This document shows, piece after piece, positions 38,161 to 47,369 of a DNA stretch of 64,000 nucleotides. Below the pieces are notes generated by a model. It saw only the letters and a list, made by a program, of their open reading frames with translations. It did no database searches and was not told the origin of the DNA. The stretch spans positions 160,001 to 224,000 of the forward strand of contig CBDHHL010000049.1 of the NCBI GenBank assembly GCA_965263355.1, given 5' to 3'. Every line of letters begins with the position of its first letter. Position 1 is the stretch's first letter. This DNA comes from Leptolyngbyaceae cyanobacterium (GTDB lineage: Bacteria > Cyanobacteriota > Cyanobacteriia > Phormidesmidales > Phormidesmidaceae). A program made the translations under genes and the position numbers.

Positions 38161-40161
38161 CTATGATTGGGCCCGAAATTCGAAAGGCAATCCTGCGGGC
38201 TCGATACCTGGCCCTTTTGTCAAGCCTTGCCAAACGATGCTGTTGCTGTCAATCTCGAAATTTGCATCGCTGGCAACTTGAGATCCAATTTCAACATCTC
38301 TTGAGATTGTTAATCTACCATCAAAATCTGTTCTCCCCGTAAACCCAAATTGAATTCCGTTATGCGGCCCTTCTACAAACTCACCAACGCCATTAAATTG
38401 TCCAGTAGGAAATATTTGTTGGATCGAAAATTTAACGGCATGACCATGCCAAACGCCTGAATAGTCTCCTGGTCGCAATACATTCCTCACCATCTCCAGG
38501 GGAAGGTCGTCCGTCGGGTCTACAATGTCGTTAAATGATGATTCGGAGGCAGTTTCAGAGCAAGAGAGCGATTCCAGAGTCTCTTCGATTTCGCTCGGGA
38601 GAGTCTTGGAGGAACATACAACCCGAAAACCGAGACTGAAGTTTATGCCACAATAGCCCGGAGCGTAACTATCACGACGCGCGGACCGGCAATCCTCCGG
38701 CTCTCTGCTCCAGTAGCCGCCGCGAAGGATACGTTGGCTTGCCTGGGCGTAATCCGTATCGCCTTGCTTACTTCCTTCTACCCAAGCACTGCCATCAGTG
38801 GGAGCGCCCTCATAGTTGTTGTGCCAAACATCTTCACACCATTCCAACACATTGCCGTGCATGTCATGGAGGCCAAAAGCATTGGCAGGGAAGATTCCAA
38901 CCTTTGTCGTCTTTCCTCGCGAAACCCCTGGTTCACCATTACCATAGGGGCAGCCACCGTCGTAATTAGCTTGCTCGGTGCTAATCGTCTCACCAAAATA
39001 GAACGGGGTTGACGTACAGTCTTGGGTCGCTCTACAGGCATATTCCCATTCCGCCTCACTGGGTAGACGATAGTGATCACCCGTATGTTTGGACAGCCGC
39101 TTACAGAACTCTACGGCTTCTAACCAACTCACTTGATCCACTGGTAGATCGTCTCCTATGAACTGAGAGGGGGTATTCTTTAAGGGAATATCCACAGGGT
39201 CCAGCAACGATACGACCCGCCATTGTCGTTGGGTGATGGGGTACTTACTCATGTACAAGGCAGAAACAGTCACTTTATGCTGGGGACCTTCAGTTGACCA
39301 CCTCTCTAGCTCAGTTTCAGGAGAGCCCATTAAGAACTCACCCTGGGGCACATAAACCATCTCCAGGGGAACGTCGCCCATCGGGTCTATGGTGTTGCTA
39401 TATGATGATTCGGAGGACGTTGCAGAGCGAGAGAACGATACAGATATCCCCGAGCCGATCTCTGCATTTTGCTCCTCCTGCCACAAATAGTAGGCTGCCT
39501 CAATATCAGGATCGACATACCAGTCGTCGTCAGCATATGCCAGCAATCCTTCTGCCTGCCGGAGGGGATAGCCATAGTCCCAATTGTCTGACCACACAGG
39601 CCACTTCTCCCCATCCTCAATGCCTCCACTTTCTTCTAAGAATTCATCTATTGACGGGATTTCAACGTGATCAGGATAATAAATGGCGATACACGTGTAG
39701 TGGCCCTCGTCCTTATGGAGACCCAGACGTATTCGAGAAGGATCGCTCTCGATCTCCCTTTCGCGATACTGATGCGAGATTTCCTCCCATGTCCTCGGCA
39801 GCGAATACCCATTTGGTTCGAGTTGGGTCTTGCTGTATTTCTGCATCATCTGGAGTGCAGTGTGAGCTTGTTTAAGCGTCAACCTTGCCCCACTTTGCAA
39901 CTGCCTAATTAACGAATGGCCAAACCGCGAATCGTTCCCATTGAAGCCAATACTGTCTTCCAAATTTTCACCATCACCGCTTCCTGCTAAAAATAGAATT
40001 GCATCTTCTAAGCGGCGATCGAAATTTTGCTCGATACGTGCAATAATCTCATCAATTCGCCCTGCAATTTCTACCTTAAGAGCAAGTAATTCATCAATAA
40101 CTCCTCTCCCTAATGAAGGGGCGATTTTGCCGGTTTGGCTTGGCTGATTTTCGTTGTTCAT
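38161..40161 (-). CDS. Multidomain protein with FGE-sulfatase (SUMF1, C-type lectin fold) domain
   Basis: LEMVYVPQGEFLMGSP, PITQRQW, YRLPSEAEWEYACRA, NAFGLHDMHGNVLEWCED, RGG.W...CRSA.R...GFRVVC. Unrelated N- and C-terminal extensions. Confidence 0.9.
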   Translation of the reverse strand: MNNENQPSQTGKIAPSLGRGVIDELLALKVEIAGRIDEIIARIEQNFDRRLEDAILFLAGSGDGENLEDSIGFNGNDSRFGHSLIRQLQSGARLTLKQAHTALQMMQKYSKTQLEPNGYSLPRTWEEISHQYREREIESDPSRIRLGLHKDEGHYTCIAIYYPDHVEIPSIDEFLEESGGIEDGEKWPVWSDNWDYGYPLRQAEGLLAYADDDWYVDPDIEAAYYLWQEEQNAEIGSGISVSFSRSATSSESSYSNTIDPMGDVPLEMVYVPQGEFLMGSPETELERWSTEGPQHKVTVSALYMSKYPITQRQWRVVSLLDPVDIPLKNTPSQFIGDDLPVDQVSWLEAVEFCKRLSKHTGDHYRLPSEAEWEYACRATQDCTSTPFYFGETISTEQANYDGGCPYGNGEPGVSRGKTTKVGIFPANAFGLHDMHGNVLEWCEDVWHNNYEGAPTDGSAWVEGSKQGDTDYAQASQRILRGGYWSREPEDCRSARRDSYAPGYCGINFSLGFRVVCSSKTLPSEIEETLESLSCSETASESSFNDIVDPTDDLPLEMVRNVLRPGDYSGVWHGHAVKFSIQQIFPTGQFNGVGEFVEGPHNGIQFGFTGRTDFDGRLTISRDVEIGSQVASDANFEIDSNSIVWQGLTKGPGIEPAGLPFEFRAQS

Positions 40162-40272
40162 TTTCTTTATGCTGCTGTTAATCAGTCACGTTCTAAGAGC
40201 TAATTTCAAAGTTAGGCGAAAGAAACGAGAGCATACCCAAGTATGTCTTCTCGAACTGTCAACACCCAAAAT

Positions 40273-40461
40273 CTACACAGACAACAGCATACTGCTGCCA
40301 AATGCTCCCGCTGTTTTGAAAAACTGACGCCGTTTCAGACCGTGCTTGCGCTTGCATTGTGAAAGTTCAGATAACTCATTGATGGGTATGCTGCGACGAT
40401 TAGCCAGGGTTGCGGTGCGTAAGGCTCGGGAAAATACACCAAATAATGGATTGCGTGCCAT
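40273..40461 (-). pseudogene. Truncated N-terminus of a probable flavin amine oxidase-type protein (twin-arginine-like motif)
   Basis: RBS GGAGGT. MARNPLFGVFSRAL...LKRRQFFKTAGAFG stops after 62 aa, before any Rossmann motif. Confidence 0.5.
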
Positions 40462-40599
40462 GGTTTAATGTTACCTCCTGTAAATTAGGTTCAAAAAGGA
40501 TTCAACACATTTCATGAGTTTTTTCACCGTGCCCGCATCTGAATCGAGTTTTGCGAGACAGCACTATAGTTTATTAACAGCAATCTCTGCATGAGAAAA

Positions 40600-40740
40600 T
40601 TAATGCAGAATGACTTCAGCGTTGGGGTTGGCACCCTTGAGCAGATGGTGTGGTTGGTCAATGCTGGGGTCAATGAACAAAACTGGGTGAGCGACTTCAC
40701 TGTGAGGGGCAGACATGGAGCTGGAAGCGCGGCTTAGCAT
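40600..40740 (-). pseudogene. Frameshifted fragment resembling the start of a DUF4347 domain
   Basis: The minus strand reads QFLFIDPSIDQPHHLLKGANPNAEVILH* out of frame with ATG 40740. This matches the [LV]xFID...LL.G..P..EV..L pattern. Confidence 0.45.
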
Positions 40741-40790
40741 CTTCTTATGCCTCTTGATATTTGTGATTGCAGATGTTTGCCTTTACCCCC

Positions 40791-40888
40791 ACTGTCATCA
40801 AAATCCACGGCAGAAACTACCCAGGAAGTGTTAGCTTCTGTCAGGTAAATTGTCAGGTTTTATCAGGTAAACAAGACTAAGACGGTTT
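40791..40888 (-). promoter_or_regulatory. Conserved upstream element, copy 2
   Basis: Reverse complement reads AAACCGTCTTAGTCTTGTTTACCTGATAAAACCTGACAATTTACCTGACAGAAGCTAACACTTCCTGGGTAGTTTCTGCC. Confidence 0.7.
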
Positions 40889-41070
40889 AATTGGAAGTTG
40901 CCCAAGCGAAAATAGCGTGAAAGCATTACCTCATATGAAGAGGATAACGGCAGGTAATCAGTCCTTCCTCAGGATAGTCATGAGAATTAAACTGGTGAGC
41001 CTGCGAAATTTTTGCCACAGCGCATTGGGGAGGAAAAACCGTAGAGATTAGCAGGCATAGTATCGATATA

Positions 41071-41140
41071 ACCTGACATTTATCTGATAAAACCTGAAAA
41101 TCTATGGCTATTTTCTGCCTAGACAGTTTGGGATAGTGAG
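41071..41140 (+). promoter_or_regulatory. Conserved upstream element, copy 3 (more degenerate), before the HTH-REC gene
   Basis: ACCTGACATTTATCTGATAAAACCTGAAAATCTATGGCTATTTTCTGCC...GGATAGTG. Confidence 0.6.
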
Positions 41141-41171
41141 GCCAACAAACATCCACACCAGCGGATTTGTT

Positions 41172-41966
41172 ATGAACAAGGCTGAACAACTACTGTCATT
41201 TGCAGATACCCTGCTCAAGACAAAAACGGGGAACCAACTCAGCTATCTTCAGCGGCTTATCCTAATCAAGGTTCTAGAAGGCGTCAAGGCCAGCTACGAG
41301 GACATTGCTGAAGCTCACAATTACTCGCCGCGCTACCTGCGCCAGGATATCGCGCCCAAACTCTGGAATGAATTTTCTCAAGTACTGGCCTGCAAAGTGT
41401 CGAAAAGTAACATTAGAGCTCTTCTGGAACGTGAGATGGAGGAGCAAGCAATTAGCCCTATGCCGTCCTTGCAAGAGGGAGCTTCCTCGGCGACGTCTGC
41501 CCTAGTGACAGAGTCCGAAAGAGGCGATATTCTTCTCGTCGATGATCAACTAGAGAATTTGACGCTGCTAACTCATCTTCTAGAGGAGGTGGGCCATACC
41601 GTCAGACAGGCCATTAATGGATCCGTCGCTTTGCAAGCAATAGCGTTTAGCCCACCCGATCTTATTTTGCTGGACATCAACATGCCTGATATGGATGGTT
41701 ATGCCGTATGCCAAAACCTGCGAGAAAATACTTTGACTCATGACATACCAGTTATTTTTATTAGCGCCCTGGACGAATCCTGGGACAAGATAAAAGCCTT
41801 TTCAGTTGGCGGCAATGACTATATCACCAAGCCCTTCAAAACGATTGAGGTATTAGCCCGAGTCCAGAATCACTTGAAGGTAAGGCGGCTACAGCAACTG
41901 TTGAGAGCCACAGAACATGAGTTACAGGCGGTCCGACAGGAAATAGCAGCCTTAAGGTCGGTGTGA
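41172..41966 (+). CDS. Response regulator: N-terminal cyanobacterial HTH domain plus receiver domain
   Basis: LSYLQRLIL...SYEDIAEAHNYSPRYLRQDIAPKLW, an HTH type usually seen on cyanobacterial NTPases. REC motifs ILLVDD, LILLDINMP and DYITKPF. ATG at 41172. Confidence 0.9.
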   Translation: MNKAEQLLSFADTLLKTKTGNQLSYLQRLILIKVLEGVKASYEDIAEAHNYSPRYLRQDIAPKLWNEFSQVLACKVSKSNIRALLEREMEEQAISPMPSLQEGASSATSALVTESERGDILLVDDQLENLTLLTHLLEEVGHTVRQAINGSVALQAIAFSPPDLILLDINMPDMDGYAVCQNLRENTLTHDIPVIFISALDESWDKIKAFSVGGNDYITKPFKTIEVLARVQNHLKVRRLQQLLRATEHELQAVRQEIAALRSV

Positions 41967-42043
41967 AAATAGAGTGGCTGTACAAGGCAGTGAACCACTT
42001 CTGCCATCCGCAATTCCTTTTGTGGGCCGGATATTGGTGCTGC

Positions 42044-43351
42044 TCATGAGCTCACCCAACAATTTCCCCCCTGACCCTGAGCTTGTTGCAGCCGTAGCTC
42101 ACACGGTTCAAGCAGCGCTTCCTCCAACTCCACATCAGATGTAGGGTGCACAGTCACCAGGCCTATACTGAGGGTTAGCGGTGAAGTTTGAGACGAGATC
42201 GCACATTTCTGCATCTGTTTCAAAATCATCTGTGCCAGAGTCTCTCCTGCTGACAAAGTCTGCTGCGGTAAAACAATCGCAAACGTAATCACGCTATATC
42301 GACAAACTAGCCCATCCCCCGCCGCTGCCTTAATTGCCTGAGCCACCTGATAGAGGCGATCATCCATCTTACGGGGTGTTGCCGCTGCCCCCTCAAACTG
42401 GAAATTATCAATCTGACAGAGCATTAACGTCAGAGGCGTTTGCGTTGCTAACCCTTGCTGCCAGCTTTCTAGTAAGAACTGATCAAACTGACGACGACTC
42501 GCCACCTGGGTCGCCTCATCAATCGCAGCCAGCTGCTGTAACCTCTGGAGCGCCTGCTGCAACTGTTCATTTTGCGCATCCAGTGCCTGCTGCAGTTGTC
42601 GCAACTTCAGCTGATTTTCAACCCGCGCCAGCACCTCCACTACCTTAAACGGCTTGTTAATGTAGTCGGTACCACCTACGGCAAACGCCTTGACCTTATC
42701 CCAGATTTCGTCCAACGCGCTGACAAAAATAATCGGAATATCTGTAGTCGCCGGATTAGCTTTAATGCGTTGGCAGACACCGTACCCATCCATCTCTGGC
42801 ATGTGGATATCCAGTAGCACCAGGGCTGGCTTCTCTTGCGCGATCGCATCCAACGCAAATGGGCCACTAATGGCCTGACGAACTCTATATCCATGCTCCT
42901 CCAGCAAATCTGACAAAACCCGTAAGTTTTGCGGCTCGTCATCTACCAATAGAATGCCGGCTGTCGTCGCAGCATTAACTGAGCTTGAGGGAGCGGCTGG
43001 GGTGGCTAGTCTGGAGTTCTGAAACGTGGCATCTTTAGCCGGCAGCGACGGCACAGACAATGCTCGGTTCATCGCCTGTTCTAACAAAAACCGAATATTT
43101 GCCTTGTTAACCTTATGCCCTAAAGCCTCTGACAAAAGCTGCCAAAGCTTAGGCGCAACATCTTGCCTGACATATTTACTTGAGTAACCAGAGGCTTTAG
43201 CTAACTGGTCATAGGTTTTGCGCTCACCCTGTAATGCCGTGAGCAAAATCTGGCGTTGTAAATCATTGCAGTAAGCACCAGCTGTCTCATAAATAAGGGT
43301 TTCAGCGAATTCTAAAATAGTGTCGGTGTTATCTATACCCATCGGATTCAT
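42044..43351 (-). CDS. HTH plus receiver plus degenerate GGDEF protein
   Basis: Paralogous HTH (TYDQLAKASGYSSKYVRQDVAPKLW) and REC (LLVDD, LLDIHMP, KPF). GGDEF-like fold with RYSVITF at the GG(D/E)EF position. Confidence 0.88.
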   Translation of the reverse strand: MNPMGIDNTDTILEFAETLIYETAGAYCNDLQRQILLTALQGERKTYDQLAKASGYSSKYVRQDVAPKLWQLLSEALGHKVNKANIRFLLEQAMNRALSVPSLPAKDATFQNSRLATPAAPSSSVNAATTAGILLVDDEPQNLRVLSDLLEEHGYRVRQAISGPFALDAIAQEKPALVLLDIHMPEMDGYGVCQRIKANPATTDIPIIFVSALDEIWDKVKAFAVGGTDYINKPFKVVEVLARVENQLKLRQLQQALDAQNEQLQQALQRLQQLAAIDEATQVASRRQFDQFLLESWQQGLATQTPLTLMLCQIDNFQFEGAAATPRKMDDRLYQVAQAIKAAAGDGLVCRYSVITFAIVLPQQTLSAGETLAQMILKQMQKCAISSQTSPLTLSIGLVTVHPTSDVELEEALLEPCELRLQQAQGQGGNCWVSS

Positions 43352-43503
43352 TTATGAACACCTGATGCATCCAACTTGCTTCCCTGTGACCAGGATGCCA
43401 GAACTTGCTATGCCAGGACTGACGCAGTTGAAGGCGAATTTTACTTAATACTATAAATAATCAGGCAACTGATACTGACAACAGGGCGAGAGCACTAATT
43501 CTG

Positions 43504-44283
43504 CTAAGGTGCTGTAGTTTCCACTATGTCGGCGATTTGGGTCAAATACTGACCATGCATACCACCTTCTAACTCAGCTAACTGATGCAGTAAAGACCTT
43601 GCTAAATCATCAGTGTCCGGATTTTCTGCAGCAATCAGAGCTTCGCGTAAAGCGTCATACCAATAACCAGCATCCGCATAAATTTCCGCTCTTTCCACTG
43701 CTGTTTGAGCTGTCGCAAGGGATGAAGTCAGTAAAACAGAGGGTTCTTGGATATCTAACTCAGAGACAAATAATTGGCTATAGGTAGGAGCGTCTGGCGT
43801 GCAGGCAATGTTCACCTCCCACAGGTAACGTTGCCCCAAATCCAGCTGAAATTCTTCCTCTGGTAACGTAAAACTGACTATTCCTGAAGCACTTTCTTCG
43901 TATTGAATTTGCTGCAGTAATTCAGGAAGTTGATTTTCATTAATCGTATAAAGAGAGAGTTTAGTGCGATAATCGCCTGTGGTTGGAACAAACCAGATGA
44001 GCGTTGGAGTAGCAGTGGTGGTTTGCCCTACATGCTGAGTTGGGGCCAACACAGTTAGCGGCACCTCATAGTTTTCGCCACAACTGTCACGGGTTCCACT
44101 GGATAAAATAGGGCCACTCGGAGGATCACCAGTAGGGGGTTGATATTGTTGAGCCCATGCAGCAAGGGGATTCATTGCAAAGGACGTGACGAGTAGACCA
44201 GCTGCTAGTTGACAACAGTTTTTAGGAGTAAATAGTCGTCTAGCAGAGTGTCCGGGAGATAGGCATACGGTTACATTGCGCAA
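43504..44283 (-). CDS. DUF928-family protein
   Basis: Signal-like N-terminus, then YQPP..DPP....SGTR..C, LTVLAP..HVGQT....PTL.WFVP and YADAGYWYDAL. Start codon uncertain. Confidence 0.85.
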   Translation of the reverse strand: MRNVTVCLSPGHSARRLFTPKNCCQLAAGLLVTSFAMNPLAAWAQQYQPPTGDPPSGPILSSGTRDSCGENYEVPLTVLAPTQHVGQTTTATPTLIWFVPTTGDYRTKLSLYTINENQLPELLQQIQYEESASGIVSFTLPEEEFQLDLGQRYLWEVNIACTPDAPTYSQLFVSELDIQEPSVLLTSSLATAQTAVERAEIYADAGYWYDALREALIAAENPDTDDLARSLLHQLAELEGGMHGQYLTQIADIVETTAP

Positions 44284-44533
44284 AGTTAAACTCCTAACAG
44301 GTTATGATTGTTAGTCATTATCGGGTGGTCTGATAACGACTGAGAGGAGGGTTAATATTCCTCTTCGTATTTGGTATTTCAGGTGCTTCTATATAAGTTT
44401 CAGATTAGTTGGGGAACATTCCGGCATCTGTTTTACATTCTTTAAGGTGCTTGTGGAAACCTAGCTATGCTCTACAACGCTCAATCTTTGCTCAGGTACA
44501 GTTATAGCTACCAGTAGCTAGAGGATGTTTTGA

Positions 44534-46993
44534 TTGCACTTAACGATCTGGAGCAGAATTTGTAGACAGGTAGCAGTTCTAAACCATATCCGATTTGGAA
44601 ATTGGAGTTTTCCCTTAGGCAAAAATCAGGGATCTGGAGGTGGCCAAGGGATACCTATTGGTCTGCTACCGGGCTTACTGTTTCTGGTACTGATTATAGG
44701 AGGACGACTAGCTGGTACATTTCAATTGCTAGAGTGGCGGGTTTTCGATGCCTTTTTACGATCGCACCCCCCCGAAGCCAGAGACGAGCGGATCCTAATC
44801 ATAGGCATCGATGAGCAATCGATTCGAGCAGCAGGGACCTATCCGATTCCCGATCAACAGTTGGCTAGTCTGCTGCACAGTTTGCAAAGCCATCAGCCGC
44901 ACGTGATCGGCCTTGATTTATTTAGAGATTTGCCAGTTGAGCCGGGCTACTCAGAATTGGCTGCAGCTATGCAGGAAATGGACAATTTGATTGGGATTGA
45001 AAGGGTTTTGCCCCCAAAGGTGGCACCACCGCCAGACCTCCCCTCAGACCAGGTCGGGTTTGTTGATCTCCTCCCCGATGGAGATGGCCGTCAGCGGCGA
45101 GTGCTTTTAGGCACTCAAACGGATCAGGGGTTCCGATTTTCCATCGGGCTATTGCTAGCAAAAACGTATTTAGCAGCAGAAGGCATCCCACTGGCCAATG
45201 GAATTCGCGATCTCGCCACGATGCGATTTGGGGAAGCCGAGTTACCACGAGTCCAGGCGAATTTTGGTGGCTACGTCGGAACCAATGCGGGCGGGGGTGA
45301 TATGCAAATGCTACTGAACTTTCGTAAGGGAGCTAATGCCTTTCGGGTCATTTCATTTCAAGATGCGCTAGCTGGCAGCTTTAACCCTGAGTGGGTGCGA
45401 GATCGCATTGTGCTAATAGGGAGTACTGCCCCCAGCATCCAGGATCACTTTAATGTAGCCACCACCTCCACCATCAACCGAGAAGGCAATTTCGTCTATG
45501 GTGTGGAGATTCAGGCCCATGCAGTGAGCCAGATAGTCAATGCAGCCCTCCATCAACGCCCCCTGATTAAAAGTTGGCCTGATTGGGTGGAGTACCTGTG
45601 GATTCTAGGCTGGGGACTGCTAGGTATCGGTTTTGCCAGATATTTGCGATCGCCGCTCCAAAGCTTGTTTTGGGTATCCATCAGCATTGTTGGGTTAACG
45701 AGTATCAGCTATTTAGCTCTGCTAGTTGGGTGGTGGCTTCCCCTCGTCCCTACAGTTGCCGGGCTACTTTTGAATAGTGCGGGGCTGGCAGCTTTTTATC
45801 AATATGATCGCGTCATTCAAACCAAAATAAAGGCTCAGCAGCAAATGGTCGCTCTCCTGGAGCGGGCAAAATCGGAACTAGAGAGCACGGTGGCTGAGCG
45901 CACCGCCGAACTTCAACAGTCCAATGCCAAACTCCAACAGTCTAATGTTGAGCTAGGACAAGCCAGAGAGGCAGCCGAGACGGCCAGTCGAGCTAAGAGT
46001 CGTTTTTTAGCTCACATGAGCCACGAGTTACGCACGCCACTCAACGCTATCCTGGGGTTCGGCCAGCTGATGGCCCAGGACCAGACTCTCTCTGAGAGCA
46101 ACCAAACCCGCGTGCGTTTGATCAATCGCACCGGAGAGCATTTCTTGGGCCTGATCAACGATATTTTGACCCTGACTAAACTGGAATCTGACAAACAAAC
46201 CCTGCAGGAAACACCCTTTGAGCTGAAGGCATTGATTGACCCGACTGAAGCCCTATTTCGAGTACGTATGGAACAAAAAGGGCTGACGTTTTTAATTGAG
46301 GTTTCACCAACGATGCCCCAGAGGTTTATTGGCGATGCCCCTAAGCTGCGACAGATACTGATTAACTTGCTTAGCAATGCCCTCAAATTTACCCATACTG
46401 GAACCATTATCCTGCGTGTGGGAGCGTCCCAACAGCCACAGGAACTCTATTTACGGTTTGAAGTAGAAGATACCGGGGAAGGGATTGGGGCGTCTGAACT
46501 GCACAAACTTTTTGAGCCCTTTGTGCAAACAGAAAGTGGTGAAAACACGAAAATGGGAACCGGGTTAGGCCTGGCCATTAGTAAACAACTTGTACAGCTG
46601 ATGGGAGGAGACATCCAGGTTTCTAGTCAAGTGGGTAAAGGAAGCGTCTTTACCTTTACAGCCAAAGTTCAAGTAGGCTCTGCCGATTTAGACGCACAAG
46701 CAGCGTCTAAAGTCCCTCAATCATCATCCGTAAATGTGATGGCAACAACTCCCTTGAGTGCTGAGGCGATCGTAACCGAACTCACCACCATGCCTTCAGA
46801 TTGGCTGCATGACTTACATCAAGCAGCGTTTAAGTTAGATGGTCGGCAGGTGATGGCGTTACTGGAAAATATGCCGTCGTCCCAGGAAATGGTGACGCAA
46901 CATTTGATCACCCTGGCCGAGGGGTATCAGTATCGCAAAATTGCAGAATTAATTAAGCCGAGTTTGCCAGGTGATAGCAAACTTGCGGAGTAA
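44534..46993 (+). CDS. CHASE2-domain sensor histidine kinase
   Basis: CHASE2 motifs (RILIIGIDE, VIGLDLFRD, GVEIQAHAVSQI) and three TM segments. H-box FLAHMSHELRTPLNAI, N-box NLLSNALKFT, G-boxes DTGEGI and GTGLGLAIS. Start codon uncertain. Confidence 0.93.
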   Translation: MHLTIWSRICRQVAVLNHIRFGNWSFPLGKNQGSGGGQGIPIGLLPGLLFLVLIIGGRLAGTFQLLEWRVFDAFLRSHPPEARDERILIIGIDEQSIRAAGTYPIPDQQLASLLHSLQSHQPHVIGLDLFRDLPVEPGYSELAAAMQEMDNLIGIERVLPPKVAPPPDLPSDQVGFVDLLPDGDGRQRRVLLGTQTDQGFRFSIGLLLAKTYLAAEGIPLANGIRDLATMRFGEAELPRVQANFGGYVGTNAGGGDMQMLLNFRKGANAFRVISFQDALAGSFNPEWVRDRIVLIGSTAPSIQDHFNVATTSTINREGNFVYGVEIQAHAVSQIVNAALHQRPLIKSWPDWVEYLWILGWGLLGIGFARYLRSPLQSLFWVSISIVGLTSISYLALLVGWWLPLVPTVAGLLLNSAGLAAFYQYDRVIQTKIKAQQQMVALLERAKSELESTVAERTAELQQSNAKLQQSNVELGQAREAAETASRAKSRFLAHMSHELRTPLNAILGFGQLMAQDQTLSESNQTRVRLINRTGEHFLGLINDILTLTKLESDKQTLQETPFELKALIDPTEALFRVRMEQKGLTFLIEVSPTMPQRFIGDAPKLRQILINLLSNALKFTHTGTIILRVGASQQPQELYLRFEVEDTGEGIGASELHKLFEPFVQTESGENTKMGTGLGLAISKQLVQLMGGDIQVSSQVGKGSVFTFTAKVQVGSADLDAQAASKVPQSSSVNVMATTPLSAEAIVTELTTMPSDWLHDLHQAAFKLDGRQVMALLENMPSSQEMVTQHLITLAEGYQYRKIAELIKPSLPGDSKLAE

Positions 46994-47037
46994 CTCTATG
47001 CATCTGTTGGTGTTGTTAGCGTAAATTTCACCGCAGC

Positions 47038-47125
47038 GTGACAAAACCTGACAAAACCTGACATTACACCCGACAAAACCTGACAATTGCTGGGTAGTTT
47101 ATGCCAGCGGTTTTGGTGATAGTAG
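47038..47125 (+). promoter_or_regulatory. Conserved upstream element, copy 4
   Basis: GTGACAAAACCTGACAAAACCTGACATTACACCCGACAAAACCTGACAATTGCTGGGTAGTTTATGCC...GATAGTAG. Confidence 0.72.
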
Positions 47126-47369
47126 GGCTGACACAAATTTTCCTTGGCCCTTAATTCAGCTGTTCCCATCGCTTGCCCATATGTCTGTAGCGATCTCAAC
47201 TTGCGCCCACCCCAACAAATCTTCATCGGATAGTGAAGGTCGGAACGACTTTAGAGAGCCCTTTAACGTTATATCCGTATCTTTACGATACAAGTAATCT
47301 TGTCGGTGCCATTGAAAAAAGCTACCCTGACCTGACTTAATTTCGCCCCCTCAAAGCAGACCCACGATC

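Noticed and set aside
47038..47090. CRISPR repeats or plasmid iterons
   Set aside because: Units are only about 10 bp with no spacers and no rep gene. They recur upstream of several genes, which fits operator sites better.
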